Source: Candidatus Versatilivorator sp.
Lineage (GTDB): Bacteria > Acidobacteriota > Terriglobia > Versatilivoradales > Versatilivoraceae
Reading direction: 5' to 3'
Assembly: GCA_965262635.1 (NCBI GenBank)
Contig: OZ253547.1
Location: forward strand, 3,644,234-3,708,233
Length of the DNA: 64,000 nt
In this document: piece after piece, positions 31,901 through 41,074 of the stretch
Numbering within the stretch: the stretch's first letter is position 1
Layout: each line of letters begins with the position of its first letter
The notes under the pieces: model-generated
Told to the model about the DNA's origin: nothing
The model's input: the letters and a program-made list of their open reading frames with translations, nothing else
The model's database searches: none
Translations under genes and position numbers: made by a program

Positions 31901-33513
31901 GCAGACTCCCCAAAACCTCCGAGGATGTCACTGCCTTCCTGGTGCGAGAATGGCTCGAATGCCTGGGACCGGCAACAGCGGCGGAACTGGCCGACCGACT
32001 CGGCCTGACCCGCCCGGTGGTCCAACTCGCCATGGTGACCCTGGAGGCCGGCGGCACCATTCTGCGGGGTCGTTTCCGCGCCAGTCCCGGTCTGCCCGCA
32101 CCGAACCATCCTCCTTCCTCTGCGGTCACAGCGATTTCAGACGCGTCCAGCGCAACAGGCTCCCTCTCCTCCGACCCTCCGGGTCCCGACACCGAGTGGT
32201 GCGAACGCAGGATCCTGGCAAGGATCCACCGCTTGACGCTCGGTCGGTTGCGGCGGGAAATCGAGCCGGCCGGCACCGCCGAATTCATCCGCTACCTGCT
32301 GCACTGGCAGCACCTGGAAGACGGAACTCAGCTCCATGGTCGAGAGGGTCTGCTGAAGGTTCTGCAACAACTGCAGGGTCTGGAGCTTCCGGCAACGGCC
32401 TGGGAGCGCGACATACTGCCCAAGAGGATTGTCGACTATCGACCCGAGGACCTGGAAGCCCTGTGTCTGTCCGGCATGGTGGCCTGGGGCCGGTTGAGAT
32501 TCTCTTCGCCCCCCTCATTGGACCGGGAGGGATCTTCAGTCGGAGCCATTCAGGGTCGGACCAAACCCGGTCGCTCGGCCCCTCTGGCCTTTTTCACACG
32601 ACAGGACTCCTCCTGGTTGCTGGAGTCGAGACCCCTCTGCATGGAAGAAATTCCAGGGTTGTCTCCGGCGGCTGTGGAGGTGGCCAACACCCTCCGCCAA
32701 TGGGGAGCCTGTTTCCTGGCAGACATTTCCAGAAGCACCGGGCGGCTGGCCGCGGAAGTCGAGGACGCTCTGTGGGAGTTGGTGAGCCGCGGTCTGGTCA
32801 CCGGAGACGGGATGGCCGGGCTGAGGGTTCTGTTGCTCCCGCATCAGAAGCGGCGCAGACCGGAGCACCGATTGAGAGTCATACGTGGAGGTAACGCCCC
32901 GGGTCGACTGCTGCCGCTGGGACGATGGTCGCTATTGCAGCCGCAGCGCCCCCACCTTCCGGACAATCTGCCCGGTGACCTGCCCCGACCGGACGAGCCC
33001 GGCCGCCGGATGGCGGCTCCCCGTCAGGATCCCGACGAATTCGCAAGCCGGATGGCCAACCAGCTTCTGCGCCGCTACGGCATCGTCATACGGGAGCTGT
33101 TGACCCGCGAAGCTCATGCACCCCGATGGAGAACCCTGCTGAGGGTTTACCGGAGGATGGAGGCTCGGGGTGAAATTCGCGGAGGGCGATTCGTGAGCGC
33201 CTTTGGGGGAGAACAGTTCGCCCTCCCCGAGGCAGTGGACACCCTGCGGGCGCTTCGGCGCGGTCGGACACCACAAAACGATACGGTGCTGGTCTCCGCG
33301 GCAGACCCCCTGAACCTGGCAGGGATCCTCACTCCCGGGGCTCGAGTGTCTTCTTATTCCCATCAGTGGATTGCCATCCGGGAGGGCCTGCCGGTTGAAG
33401 TGGGGGAACTGGGAGAGGTCCTGAGCCGACTGCAACCCAAGCGGCCTTCCGGCACCGAGCCCGTAAAGACCCGCTCAGGCCCTCGCTCTACCGGCAAGGG
33501 ACATCGGCCATGA
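28918..33513 (+). CDS. lhr: large ATP-dependent helicase Lhr (DEAD/DEAH box)
   Basis: 1531 aa; Walker A APTGSGKT, DEIH box (VIVDEIHAV), full-length Lhr architecture; ATG overlaps comEA-like stop (ATGA). Confidence 0.85.
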   Translation: MKTAIPPHSPLPRGFHPYLAQWFRQHFVAPSPAQKRGWGPVMAGRDTLIAAPTGSGKTLAAFLWSLNQLVRAALKGQLEDRTYVVYVSPLKALGNDIHKNLQVPMAEIGRIAQQQGEAPLGIRVAVRSGDTPNSERQSMLRRPPHILITTPESLYILLTAKGSRGYLAGAGTVIVDEIHAVAGDKRGSHLALSLERLDHLAGRRLQRIGLSATQKPVAAIASLLVGTPGLRPKGRVACSIVDVGHQRDLELSIAIPDLEFGPIATLELWEAVYERIATEVRAHRSTLVFVHTRRLAERVAHKLSQRLGEDQVATHHGSLSKESRLAAEQQLKSGGIAVVVATASLELGIDIGHVDLVCHIGAPRSIASLLQRIGRSGHGLDTIPKGLLFPLTRDELLQTAAAVRAVRAGELDRIHIPEKPLDILAQQMVATVASGEIAEQDLWELCRKAFPYRHLTPGEFAEVVEILSEGIATRRGRGSAYLHRDGVHHRLRPRRNASLAAITGGGAIPDTADYDVIQEPAGISVGRVNEDFAIESMAGDIFLLGNQSWRIRRVESGKLRVEDAQGAAPTIPFWLGEAPARTAELSGAVSELRHRVTERLGREPVSAVDWLSRECGLDRSGAEQLVAYITQTRAVLGEVPTQQTVVAERFFDESGGMQLVLHAPFGGRINRAWGLALRKRFCVSFNFELQAAATDDGVVISLGEQHSFPLQSVASMVRPDRTERDLIQAVLASPMFGNRWRWNATRFLALQRFQHGRRVPMPIQRMRAEDLLAAVFPAQLACQDNAPGPVEPVDHPLVNQTLHDCLHEPLDLEGFLEVLRRLESGEIGFVGRDTPAPSPMSHEILNANPYAFLDDAPLEERRARAVSLRRMETDPIQADPILDPEVVEGVVSELWPDIRDREELHDLLLNLVILPSDAVGSWQGFMNELIESGRAGKVAWTAPTGSRQQAYVAAERLAWLKRVVSDVGVDPAFERRFVDSGTGSSLLPATSLTTSRLPKTSEDVTAFLVREWLECLGPATAAELADRLGLTRPVVQLAMVTLEAGGTILRGRFRASPGLPAPNHPPSSAVTAISDASSATGSLSSDPPGPDTEWCERRILARIHRLTLGRLRREIEPAGTAEFIRYLLHWQHLEDGTQLHGREGLLKVLQQLQGLELPATAWERDILPKRIVDYRPEDLEALCLSGMVAWGRLRFSSPPSLDREGSSVGAIQGRTKPGRSAPLAFFTRQDSSWLLESRPLCMEEIPGLSPAAVEVANTLRQWGACFLADISRSTGRLAAEVEDALWELVSRGLVTGDGMAGLRVLLLPHQKRRRPEHRLRVIRGGNAPGRLLPLGRWSLLQPQRPHLPDNLPGDLPRPDEPGRRMAAPRQDPDEFASRMANQLLRRYGIVIRELLTREAHAPRWRTLLRVYRRMEARGEIRGGRFVSAFGGEQFALPEAVDTLRALRRGRTPQNDTVLVSAADPLNLAGILTPGARVSSYSHQWIAIREGLPVEVGELGEVLSRLQPKRPSGTEPVKTRSGPRSTGKGHRP

Positions 33514-34760
33514 CTCTATTCGAAACCACCGCCTTACTGGTCAGCCTGGCGGCCATTTTCGGCTACCTGAACCACCGCTTCGTAAGGCTGCCGACCACCA
33601 TCGGACTCATGTCGTTTTCGCTGCTGCTATCCCTGGTTCTGGTTCTTGGGGACCTGGTGGGCTGGGACTGGGGGCGTGAGGCCGCGCGAATCGTTGAAGG
33701 CATTGATTTCAATCAGACCCTCATGCAGGGAATGCTGAGCTTCCTTCTCTTCGCCGGGGCTCTGCACCTCAACCTGGAAGATCTGATGCAGCACAAGTGG
33801 ACCATCGGCGTGCTGGCAACCCTGGGGGTGGCCATGTCCACCCTGCTGGTGGGCGGTCTCATGGCCGCGGTTCTGGAATGGACCGGTACCCCCTTGCCCC
33901 TGATCTACTGCTTTGTGCTGGGCGCCATCGTCTCGCCTACCGATCCCATCGCCGTCATGAGCCTGCTCAAACAGGCCAAGGCGCCCCGGGCATTGGAAAC
34001 CAAGATCGCCGGGGAATCCCTCTTTAATGACGGCGTCGGGATCGTCCTCTTTCTGGTTCTGTATCAAATATCCATGGACCAACAGTCCTTCCGCTTTCTA
34101 GACGCCGCCGGCCTGCTTTTGCGGGAAGCTGCCGGTGGCACCTTGTTGGGATTGGCCTTGGGCTGGGTCACCTACTCCCTCCTCAAAACCATTGACAATT
34201 ACCAGATCGAAGTGCTGCTCACCCTGGCCTTCGTGACCGGAGGCTACAGCCTGGCCTCCAGCCTCCATCTGTCCGGGCCGCTGGCAGTCGTGGCCGGGGG
34301 TCTGTTGATTGGAAACCAGGGACGGCATTTTGCCATGACCGATACCACTCGCCGCCACCTGGACACTTTCTGGGAGTTGGTCGACGAAATCCTCAATGCC
34401 ATCCTGTTCGTGCTGATCGGCCTTGAAATCCTGGTCCTGACTTTCCGTCTCGATTTTCTGCTGGCCGGGGCATTGACCATCCCGGTGGTGCTCCTGGCGC
34501 GGTTGATCAGCGTGGGCATTCCCGTGAGCCTGTTCCGCCTGCGGAAGGAATTCAGCCCGCACGTGGTCAAGATTCTCACCTGGGGAGGCTTGCGCGGGGG
34601 CATCTCGGTGGCCCTGGCGCTTTCCCTGCCCGAGAGTCCTCAACGGGAGCTGATTCTGGTCCTGACCTACGGGGTGGTGGTGTTCTCCATTCTGGTCCAG
34701 GGACTCACCCTCCCCACCCTGCTGCGCAAAATGCTCCCCCCGGAGGTCTCGGCAGGTTAA
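33510..34760 (+). CDS. Na+/H+ antiporter, CPA1 (NhaP) family
   Basis: 12-13 TM segments, CPA1 motif region (SPTDPIAVMSLL); ATG overlaps lhr stop (ATGA). Confidence 0.8.
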   Translation: MTLFETTALLVSLAAIFGYLNHRFVRLPTTIGLMSFSLLLSLVLVLGDLVGWDWGREAARIVEGIDFNQTLMQGMLSFLLFAGALHLNLEDLMQHKWTIGVLATLGVAMSTLLVGGLMAAVLEWTGTPLPLIYCFVLGAIVSPTDPIAVMSLLKQAKAPRALETKIAGESLFNDGVGIVLFLVLYQISMDQQSFRFLDAAGLLLREAAGGTLLGLALGWVTYSLLKTIDNYQIEVLLTLAFVTGGYSLASSLHLSGPLAVVAGGLLIGNQGRHFAMTDTTRRHLDTFWELVDEILNAILFVLIGLEILVLTFRLDFLLAGALTIPVVLLARLISVGIPVSLFRLRKEFSPHVVKILTWGGLRGGISVALALSLPESPQRELILVLTYGVVVFSILVQGLTLPTLLRKMLPPEVSAG

Positions 34761-34800
34761 CCCACAAGTCTTGCCGGGTGGCTGGGTACAGGACGAAAAA

Positions 34801-34920
34801 GTGCTTGTCTTCGGCATCCTGGAGGGCCTGGTTTGGAGCCCTCAGGCCCCGACCGTGCTGGGCGCGCCCTGGTCGGTCTTCTCCTCTTTCCACACCAGTG
34901 CAGCCCCCGGTGAGAATGCG
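34801..34920. repeat. degenerate MITE-like fragment
   Basis: Internal core GTGCTTGTCTT...CTGGGCGCGCCCTGG shared with other copies; one degenerate terminus CCCCCGGTGAGAATGCG. Confidence 0.55.
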
Positions 34921-35095
34921 TAGGAACCGTCCTTGCCGGCGATCCGGTGCTACATTGGAAACGGTTCTTGGGGTTCGCCAACCCGGCCGAACCGCACTCG
35001 GTCCACAGGACAAAAATGTTGAAACCAGCCGCCAGAGGCCAGCGTTGTTAAGTTTGATCTCGTGGCGGCCAAGCATCCTGGAAAGGTAAAAATCC

Positions 35096-36892
35096 ATGAC
35101 ACTGCAACGTAAGCCGGTTCTCCTGGTCGTCGGGATTCTCATCCTGACAGTTCTGGGCTTCTTGGTGTGGGGAGAGGGGGAGGTCGACCCCGCCGAAAAG
35201 TACCTGAAGGTTGAAGTACAACGTGGCGATGTCCGGAGAACCGTTACCTCGACCGGAACGCTCCAAGCAGTAGTCACCGTTCAGGTCGGCAGTCAGGTCT
35301 CCGGCCGCATCCAGGAATTGCATGCGGATTTCAACAGTGTGGTCAAGAAAGGACAAACCCTGGCCATCATCGACCCCGCCAACTTCGAGGCCCAGCGGGA
35401 TCGTGCCGCCGCTTCCCTGGCCACGGCGGAAGCCTCGGTCAAGAACGCGGAGGCCAATCTGGTCAACCGCCAAGCCGAACTCCTGAGCTCCAAGGCCAAT
35501 CTTCTGGTGGCACGGGTGGACCATCAGGAAGCGGGCCGGCAACTGCGAAGAGCCAAAGGACTGTTTGAGGACGGTCTGATTCCCGAGCGGGACCTGGAAA
35601 CGGCCCAAGCCGGCGTGGACCAATCCGCCGCACGGCTGCAACAGGCCGAGGCTCAGATCAGCCAAATCAAGGCGTCCATTCGATCCGCAGCCGCTCAAAA
35701 AGAACAGGTTCAGGCCAACGTCAAACAGGCCAAGGCCGAACTGAAGATGGCTCAGATAAACCTTTATTATACGAACATCATCTCTCCCATTGACGGGGTG
35801 GTGATCGAACGCAACGTGGACATCGGCCAAACGGTGGCAGCCAGCTTCCAGGCACCGATCTTGTTCCTGATCGCCAACGATCTGGCGAAAATGCAGGTGA
35901 TTGCTCAAATCGATGAGGCCGACATCGGAGCCATTTCCGAACAGGCCGAGGTGGGATTCACGGTTGACGCTTTCCCCGGACAAAACTTTCAGGGGAAAAT
36001 CTCCGAGATTCGTCTCAGTTCCAAGCTGCCGGGCTCGAGCAGCACCGGCGCCCAGCAGGCCGGCGGGTCCACCAACGTGGTGGTTTACAACGTCATGATC
36101 GACGTCGACAACCTCCAGTTGAAGCTGCGGCCCGCCATGACGGCCACCGTCAACTTCACCGTGGCCAGCGCGGAGGATGTCCTGAAGGTCGCCAACGTCG
36201 CTCTGCGATTCCAACCGTCAGACAAGAGCCCCGAGGAGATTCGAGCAATGCTCCGAGACGGCGAACCCGTACCCGGGGATGACTCGGCCGAATCCCGCCG
36301 CCCCGATGGCCCGGCGGCCCAAGCGGACACCGGTGGACAGCGAGGCAAGGACCCGGAACGGATGCAAGCCATGAGAGCGCGACTAGCTCAGTCGGGCGGG
36401 GGCAGGTCCGCAGGAGGGCGCGGTATGGATCCTGAGCGGATGCGCGCCATGAGGGCGCGGATGGCCCGGTCGGGTGGAGGTGGACCCTTGGGGGGCGGAG
36501 GGAGAGGTCGCCCGGGAGCGGGACGGAGCAGACCAGCCGGCTCCGGCGCCGAGACCGTCATTGCACCCTCTAACACGACCCAGTATGGCATCAGTCCCGG
36601 CTTGAAGATTCGATTTCCTCAGGCAGAGAAGATCCGATCTCGAACCGGCCTGTTGTGGGTACTCGATTCGGAGGGTCATCCGGAGCCTCGGCGAGTCCGC
36701 TTCGGTATCACGGACGGCCGGGAGACGGCCGTTCTCAACGGGGATCTCGAGGAAGGAGAACAAGTCGTTAGCGGGGAGCTGGCCACCGAGGTCAGAGCCA
36801 GCAGTACATCCTCTCCCTTCGGCAGCCTGTTCGGTAGACGGCGTGCGCCCCAACGAAGTCAGCAGCGAAGTCAGAGAAGCGGGGGCCGCTAG
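35096..36892 (+). CDS. HlyD/MacA-type periplasmic adaptor subunit with Arg/Gly-rich repeat C-terminal tail
   Basis: N-terminal TM anchor, lipoyl/beta-barrel adaptor blocks, long coiled coil; about the last 200 aa are low-complexity with a tandem repeat (DPERMQAMRARLAQSGGGRS / DPERMRAMRARMARSGGGG). Confidence 0.75.
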   Translation: MTLQRKPVLLVVGILILTVLGFLVWGEGEVDPAEKYLKVEVQRGDVRRTVTSTGTLQAVVTVQVGSQVSGRIQELHADFNSVVKKGQTLAIIDPANFEAQRDRAAASLATAEASVKNAEANLVNRQAELLSSKANLLVARVDHQEAGRQLRRAKGLFEDGLIPERDLETAQAGVDQSAARLQQAEAQISQIKASIRSAAAQKEQVQANVKQAKAELKMAQINLYYTNIISPIDGVVIERNVDIGQTVAASFQAPILFLIANDLAKMQVIAQIDEADIGAISEQAEVGFTVDAFPGQNFQGKISEIRLSSKLPGSSSTGAQQAGGSTNVVVYNVMIDVDNLQLKLRPAMTATVNFTVASAEDVLKVANVALRFQPSDKSPEEIRAMLRDGEPVPGDDSAESRRPDGPAAQADTGGQRGKDPERMQAMRARLAQSGGGRSAGGRGMDPERMRAMRARMARSGGGGPLGGGGRGRPGAGRSRPAGSGAETVIAPSNTTQYGISPGLKIRFPQAEKIRSRTGLLWVLDSEGHPEPRRVRFGITDGRETAVLNGDLEEGEQVVSGELATEVRASSTSSPFGSLFGRRRAPQRSQQRSQRSGGR

Positions 36893-36895
36893 TCC

Positions 36896-37636
36896 ATGCA
36901 AAATCTCATCAACCCTGTTGCGGAAGGTGCGTCTTCACCGGACCTGGATCCGGCCGCCGTGATCGCATTGCAGGATGTGTGGAAGATTTACGATACGGGA
37001 GAGATTCGGGTGGAGGCAATGCGAGGGGTTTCCCTCGAGATTGCTCGCGGGGAATTCGTGGCCATTATGGGAGCCTCGGGGTCGGGAAAGTCCACCATGC
37101 TGAATATTCTGGGCTGCCTGGATCATCCCACCCGCGGTGTCTATCGCCTGGACGGTATTGACGTCTCCACCTTTTCCCCCTCCCAAAGAGCCGATATTCG
37201 CAATCAGAACATCGGTTTCATCTTCCAGACCTTCAATCTGTTGAGCCGGACCTCCGTCTGGGAAAACGTGGAAGCCCCCATGCTCTATTCCGGGACGTCG
37301 AAGGCCGAGCGCACCCGGCGCATCGAGCAGGCCTTGAGCGTGGTCGGACTTTCTGAAAAAGCCAAGGCGTTGCCCAATCAGCTATCGGGAGGACAGCAAC
37401 AAAGAGTGGCTGCAGCCCGGGCTCTGGTCAACCAACCCTCCATCCTTCTGGCCGATGAACCCACGGGCAATTTGGACTCGGTCACTTCGAAAGAGATCAT
37501 GACCTTTCTCCAGAGCCTGAACTCTGAGAAAGGGATCACCTTGGTCATGGTCACTCACGAACAGGAGATCGCCGGCTACGCATCACGACAAATACACATG
37601 AGGGACGGTCAGATCCTGAGGGACGTGAGGACCTGA
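36896..37636 (+). CDS. ABC transporter ATP-binding protein (MacB/LolD-like)
   Basis: Walker A GASGSGKST, ABC signature LSGGQQQR, Walker B ILLADEPT; 4 nt after the adaptor gene. Confidence 0.85.
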   Translation: MQNLINPVAEGASSPDLDPAAVIALQDVWKIYDTGEIRVEAMRGVSLEIARGEFVAIMGASGSGKSTMLNILGCLDHPTRGVYRLDGIDVSTFSPSQRADIRNQNIGFIFQTFNLLSRTSVWENVEAPMLYSGTSKAERTRRIEQALSVVGLSEKAKALPNQLSGGQQQRVAAARALVNQPSILLADEPTGNLDSVTSKEIMTFLQSLNSEKGITLVMVTHEQEIAGYASRQIHMRDGQILRDVRT

Positions 37637-37694
37637 CGGCACGCTCACAGGGTGTCGGCCCAGGTGGAACACAGTCCATAACCGGAGTACTGAA

Positions 37695-38915
37695 ATGAAC
37701 TACTGGATGATCCTGAAAATATCGCTCAAGGCCCTGAGCCGGAACAAAATTCGCTCGGCTTTGACCATGCTGGGAATCATCATCGGCATAGCAGCAGTGA
37801 TTGCCATGGTGAGTCTCGGCCAGGGTGCGCAGCGCCAGATTCAGGAAGAAATCGCCAGCCTGGGCGACAACACCGTTTGGGTGAGGGCGGGCAGTCGCCG
37901 TTCCTGGGGGGTCCGGAGTGCCTCCGGAACGATGAACACTCTGAAAGCCACCGACTTCGAGGCCATGTTGAGCGAGTGCCCTGCGGTCAAGGCGGTCAGT
38001 CCCAGCTCCAGGTCGATGGCCCAGGTGGTGTTTGGAAACCAGAACTGGAATACCCGGATCGAGGGATATAACGAGCTGTATCCGGAAATGCGAAACTGGA
38101 CCATTTCCCAGGGCAGCTTCTTCGACAATAGTCACGTCAAGGCAGCCGCCCGGGTGGCCGTGCTGGGCAACACCGTTTGGACGGAACTGTTTTCCGGCAG
38201 CGATCCGGTTGGACAAACCATCCGGGTCAAGAACCTGTCTTTTCAGGTGGTCGGAGTGTTCAAGGCAAAGGGGTACAACTCCTGGGGCCGCGATCAGGAT
38301 GATATCATCATCGTACCCTACACCACCGTGCAGAAGAAGTTCCTGGGGGGAGCGCTCCATGTCGAGTCCGGATTGGTCCAGGCTGTCAATGCCAGGGCAA
38401 CCTATGCCGCCGAAGAACAGATCAGGGCGCTGCTCCGCCAGCGGCACCGCCTGGGGCCTTTCCAGGACGACGATTTCATGGTGCGCAACCTCAGCGAAAT
38501 CGGAGAAGCTGCGGAATCAACCAACCGAATGATGGGTTTGTTGTTGAGCGGCATTGCCGCCATTTCGCTGCTTGTGGGCGGAATCGGCATCATGAACATC
38601 ATGCTGGTGGCCGTCTCGGAGCGAACCCGAGAAATCGGTATCCGGATGGCCATCGGCGCCCGACCGAGTCATGTGCGCGTTCAGTTCCTCTCGGAATCGA
38701 TCGTCCTATGCCTGGTGGGTGGCATCCTGGGTCTACTGGCAGGAGTGGGTATCTCTTGGGCAATCGCTCAATTGGTCGGCTGGCCCACGATAGTCTCGCT
38801 CGATTCCGTCGCCATCTCCATGCTCTTCTCCGCGTCCATCGGAATTTTCTTCGGCTACTACCCCGCCCACAAAGCGGCCGCTTTGGATCCCATAGAAGCC
38901 CTTCGCTACGAGTAG
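37695..38915 (+). CDS. ABC transporter permease, MacB/FtsX family
   Basis: N-terminal TM, large periplasmic domain, C-terminal FtsX-type 3-TM bundle; 406 aa. Confidence 0.8.
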   Translation: MNYWMILKISLKALSRNKIRSALTMLGIIIGIAAVIAMVSLGQGAQRQIQEEIASLGDNTVWVRAGSRRSWGVRSASGTMNTLKATDFEAMLSECPAVKAVSPSSRSMAQVVFGNQNWNTRIEGYNELYPEMRNWTISQGSFFDNSHVKAAARVAVLGNTVWTELFSGSDPVGQTIRVKNLSFQVVGVFKAKGYNSWGRDQDDIIIVPYTTVQKKFLGGALHVESGLVQAVNARATYAAEEQIRALLRQRHRLGPFQDDDFMVRNLSEIGEAAESTNRMMGLLLSGIAAISLLVGGIGIMNIMLVAVSERTREIGIRMAIGARPSHVRVQFLSESIVLCLVGGILGLLAGVGISWAIAQLVGWPTIVSLDSVAISMLFSASIGIFFGYYPAHKAAALDPIEALRYE

Positions 38916-38959
38916 TTCCAGCGATTCGGCCGGATGCCGGGGCACGGGATTTTTGAATG

Positions 38960-39190
38960 ATAGTCCCCCGGGCGCCAGCCCGGGGTTCGAGTAAGCCGCG
39001 CATGCGGCGGCAGCAGGGTGCCGTGGGCGTGAGCCCATGGAATCAGGAAACCGCATTCCCCGAGCCGCGTAGGCGGCGGCAATCATCCCTGGTGTTTGAT
39101 CTCAAACCAGCTCGGGCGCCAGCCCGGGGTTCGAGCCAAGCCGCAAAGCGGCGTCCGCATAGTGCCGTGGGCGTGAGCCGGGCGCAGGCC
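38960..39190. repeat. tandem REP-like GC-rich palindromic repeats (related partial copy at 45487-45560)
   Basis: Two units GGGCGCCAGCCCGGGGTTCGAG..AAGCCGC[palindrome]TGCCGTGGGCGTGAGCC at 38963-39037 and 39114-39183; the 45487-45560 copy shares GGGCGTGAGCC and AGCCGCGTAGGCGGCGG. Confidence 0.6.
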
Positions 39191-39264
39191 ATTGGAATGC
39201 TGCAAGATGCTGAAGAAAAACACTTTCCCAGCCGATGCCCAGCTCCCCCGGTGAGAAATGCAGG

Positions 39265-39573
39265 CTAGAGATTCTCGAAAAAGCGGTGGTCGGTAACGTA
39301 GGTAAATCCGTCGGGGATCTCCCGAATGTAGAGTTCAGCCTTGAGCGCCTGGACGCATCCATCGACCAGGACTTCGTCCAGGGGCCGTTGCTTGTCCTTG
39401 GCCTTTTGGTTGGCTTTCTCCCAGGCAAGTTGGGTCAATTTGAAAATACCGTTGCAAGTGGTTCGTCCGTTGTGGACCTTCCCGGCACACATATGAAAGT
39501 TTCCCTCGGCCTCCGCCGAGCTTTCCATCGATAGGGAGTAACGCTTCTCTAAAAATTGAAATTCCTTTTTCAT
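39265..39573 (-). CDS. hypothetical protein
   Basis: 103 aa ORF from MKKEFQFLEKRY with RBS-like sequence upstream; 3 Cys; no family recognised; stop lies inside a solo MITE terminus. Confidence 0.3.
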   Translation of the reverse strand: MKKEFQFLEKRYSLSMESSAEAEGNFHMCAGKVHNGRTTCNGIFKLTQLAWEKANQKAKDKQRPLDEVLVDGCVQALKAELYIREIPDGFTYVTDHRFFENL

Positions 39574-39685
39574 CGGTACCTCGGGCAGGTGCTGTGCCCC
39601 GATATCAGTGGTTTGCGGATGGAAGTTTAGCCTAGATTCTCCGCCCGGCAAATTCATTTTTCCAACCGCCAAAGGAGCGACGCTC

Positions 39686-41053
39686 ATGGAACCCGTCCTG
39701 CGCCATATCCACCGGAACCGGGATCGCTACATCGCGGAGCTGAAAGAATTTCTGACCATTCCCAGCATCAGCAACAACGCCGAAAACCGTCCCGACATGG
39801 AGCGCTGTGCCTCATTCCTGACAGGGCAACTCGAAAGCATCGGAATGCAGAAGGCGGCGCTGTTCCCAACCCAGGGCCACCCCATTGTCTACGGGGAATG
39901 GCTGGGAGCGCCCGGCAAACCGACCGTGCTCTTCTATGGGCACTACGATGTTCAACCGGTCGATCCCCTGGGACTTTGGATCTCGGGACCCTTCCAACCG
40001 ACCATCCGCGACGGGGAGCTCTACGCCCGGGGCGCCGTCGATGACAAGGGCCAGGTCTGGATGAATTTGAAGGCAATCGAGGCCCACCTGAAGGCTCAAG
40101 GGACCTTGCCCCTCAATCTCAAACTCTTGATCGAGGGGGAGGAGGAGGTCGGCAGCAGCCACCTGGATGCCTTTATCCAAAGCCACCAGGAACTGCTGCG
40201 GGCGGATGTCGCCCTCATTTCAGACACTCCCATGTTCGATCGGGGAATCCCTTCCATCTGCTACGGGCTGAGGGGGTTGGCCTATTTTCAACTGGACCTG
40301 AAGGGGACGAGCCAGGACCTGCACTCCGGTTCCTTTGGCGGGACGGTGATCAATCCCAACTTCGCGTTGGCGCAAATCATACACTCACTCAAGGATTCGG
40401 ACGGCCGGATCCTGATCCCCGGCTTTTACGACGACGTGGCTCCCATGAGCGATCGGGAAAAAGAGGAACTGTCCCGGCTGCCCTTCGACCAGGAACGATT
40501 CCGTCGGGAGGTGGGCGCACCCGAACTCTTCGGCGAAAGAGGATACGGCACGTTGGAACGAATCTGGTCCAGGCCCACTCTGGAGGTCAATGGCCTGTGC
40601 GGGGGCTTCACCGGCGAGGGAGCCAAGACGGTCATCCCGGCGGTTGCCATGGCAAAAATCAGTATGCGTCTGGTCCCCGACCAGGACCCGGATCGGATAG
40701 CCCGCCTCTTCGAGCGACACTTGAAAACGGTCACTCCCCGCTCGGTAGAACTCACGCTCACCCGCATGCACGGCGGGAAACCCTGGCTGGCTCCCATCGA
40801 TCATCCAGCCATCCGAGCAGCCTCCCGGGCCTTAGAGAAGGGGTTCGGTGCGGCGCCTGTCTTTGTGCGGGAAGGAGGATCGATTCCGGTGGTTGACACC
40901 CTGGCCGAAACCCTGGGTCTGTCCACGGTGCTGATGGGGGTCGGGCTCCCGGATGAGAATGCCCATGCCCCTAACGAAAAACTGGACCTTGGCAACTTCC
41001 AAAACGGCATCGTGAGTGTGGCCCATTTTTTCGACGAGTTTTCAAGGAGCTGA
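39686..41053 (+). CDS. M20 family dipeptidase/metallohydrolase
   Basis: YGHYDVQPVDP, GAVDDKGQ, LIEGEEEVGS M20 metal-ligand blocks; AAAGGAG RBS 8 nt upstream; start at MEPVL (ORF-track start 39608). Confidence 0.75.
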   Translation: MEPVLRHIHRNRDRYIAELKEFLTIPSISNNAENRPDMERCASFLTGQLESIGMQKAALFPTQGHPIVYGEWLGAPGKPTVLFYGHYDVQPVDPLGLWISGPFQPTIRDGELYARGAVDDKGQVWMNLKAIEAHLKAQGTLPLNLKLLIEGEEEVGSSHLDAFIQSHQELLRADVALISDTPMFDRGIPSICYGLRGLAYFQLDLKGTSQDLHSGSFGGTVINPNFALAQIIHSLKDSDGRILIPGFYDDVAPMSDREKEELSRLPFDQERFRREVGAPELFGERGYGTLERIWSRPTLEVNGLCGGFTGEGAKTVIPAVAMAKISMRLVPDQDPDRIARLFERHLKTVTPRSVELTLTRMHGGKPWLAPIDHPAIRAASRALEKGFGAAPVFVREGGSIPVVDTLAETLGLSTVLMGVGLPDENAHAPNEKLDLGNFQNGIVSVAHFFDEFSRS

Positions 41054-41074
41054 ATCCGCCGCCGAGCCGGCCGC

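Noticed and set aside
38960-39190. Possible tRNA because of GGGGTTCGAG strings
   Set aside because: No cloverleaf can be drawn (no complementary acceptor or T stem, no GTTCRANYC loop); the strings belong to a tandem REP-like repeat
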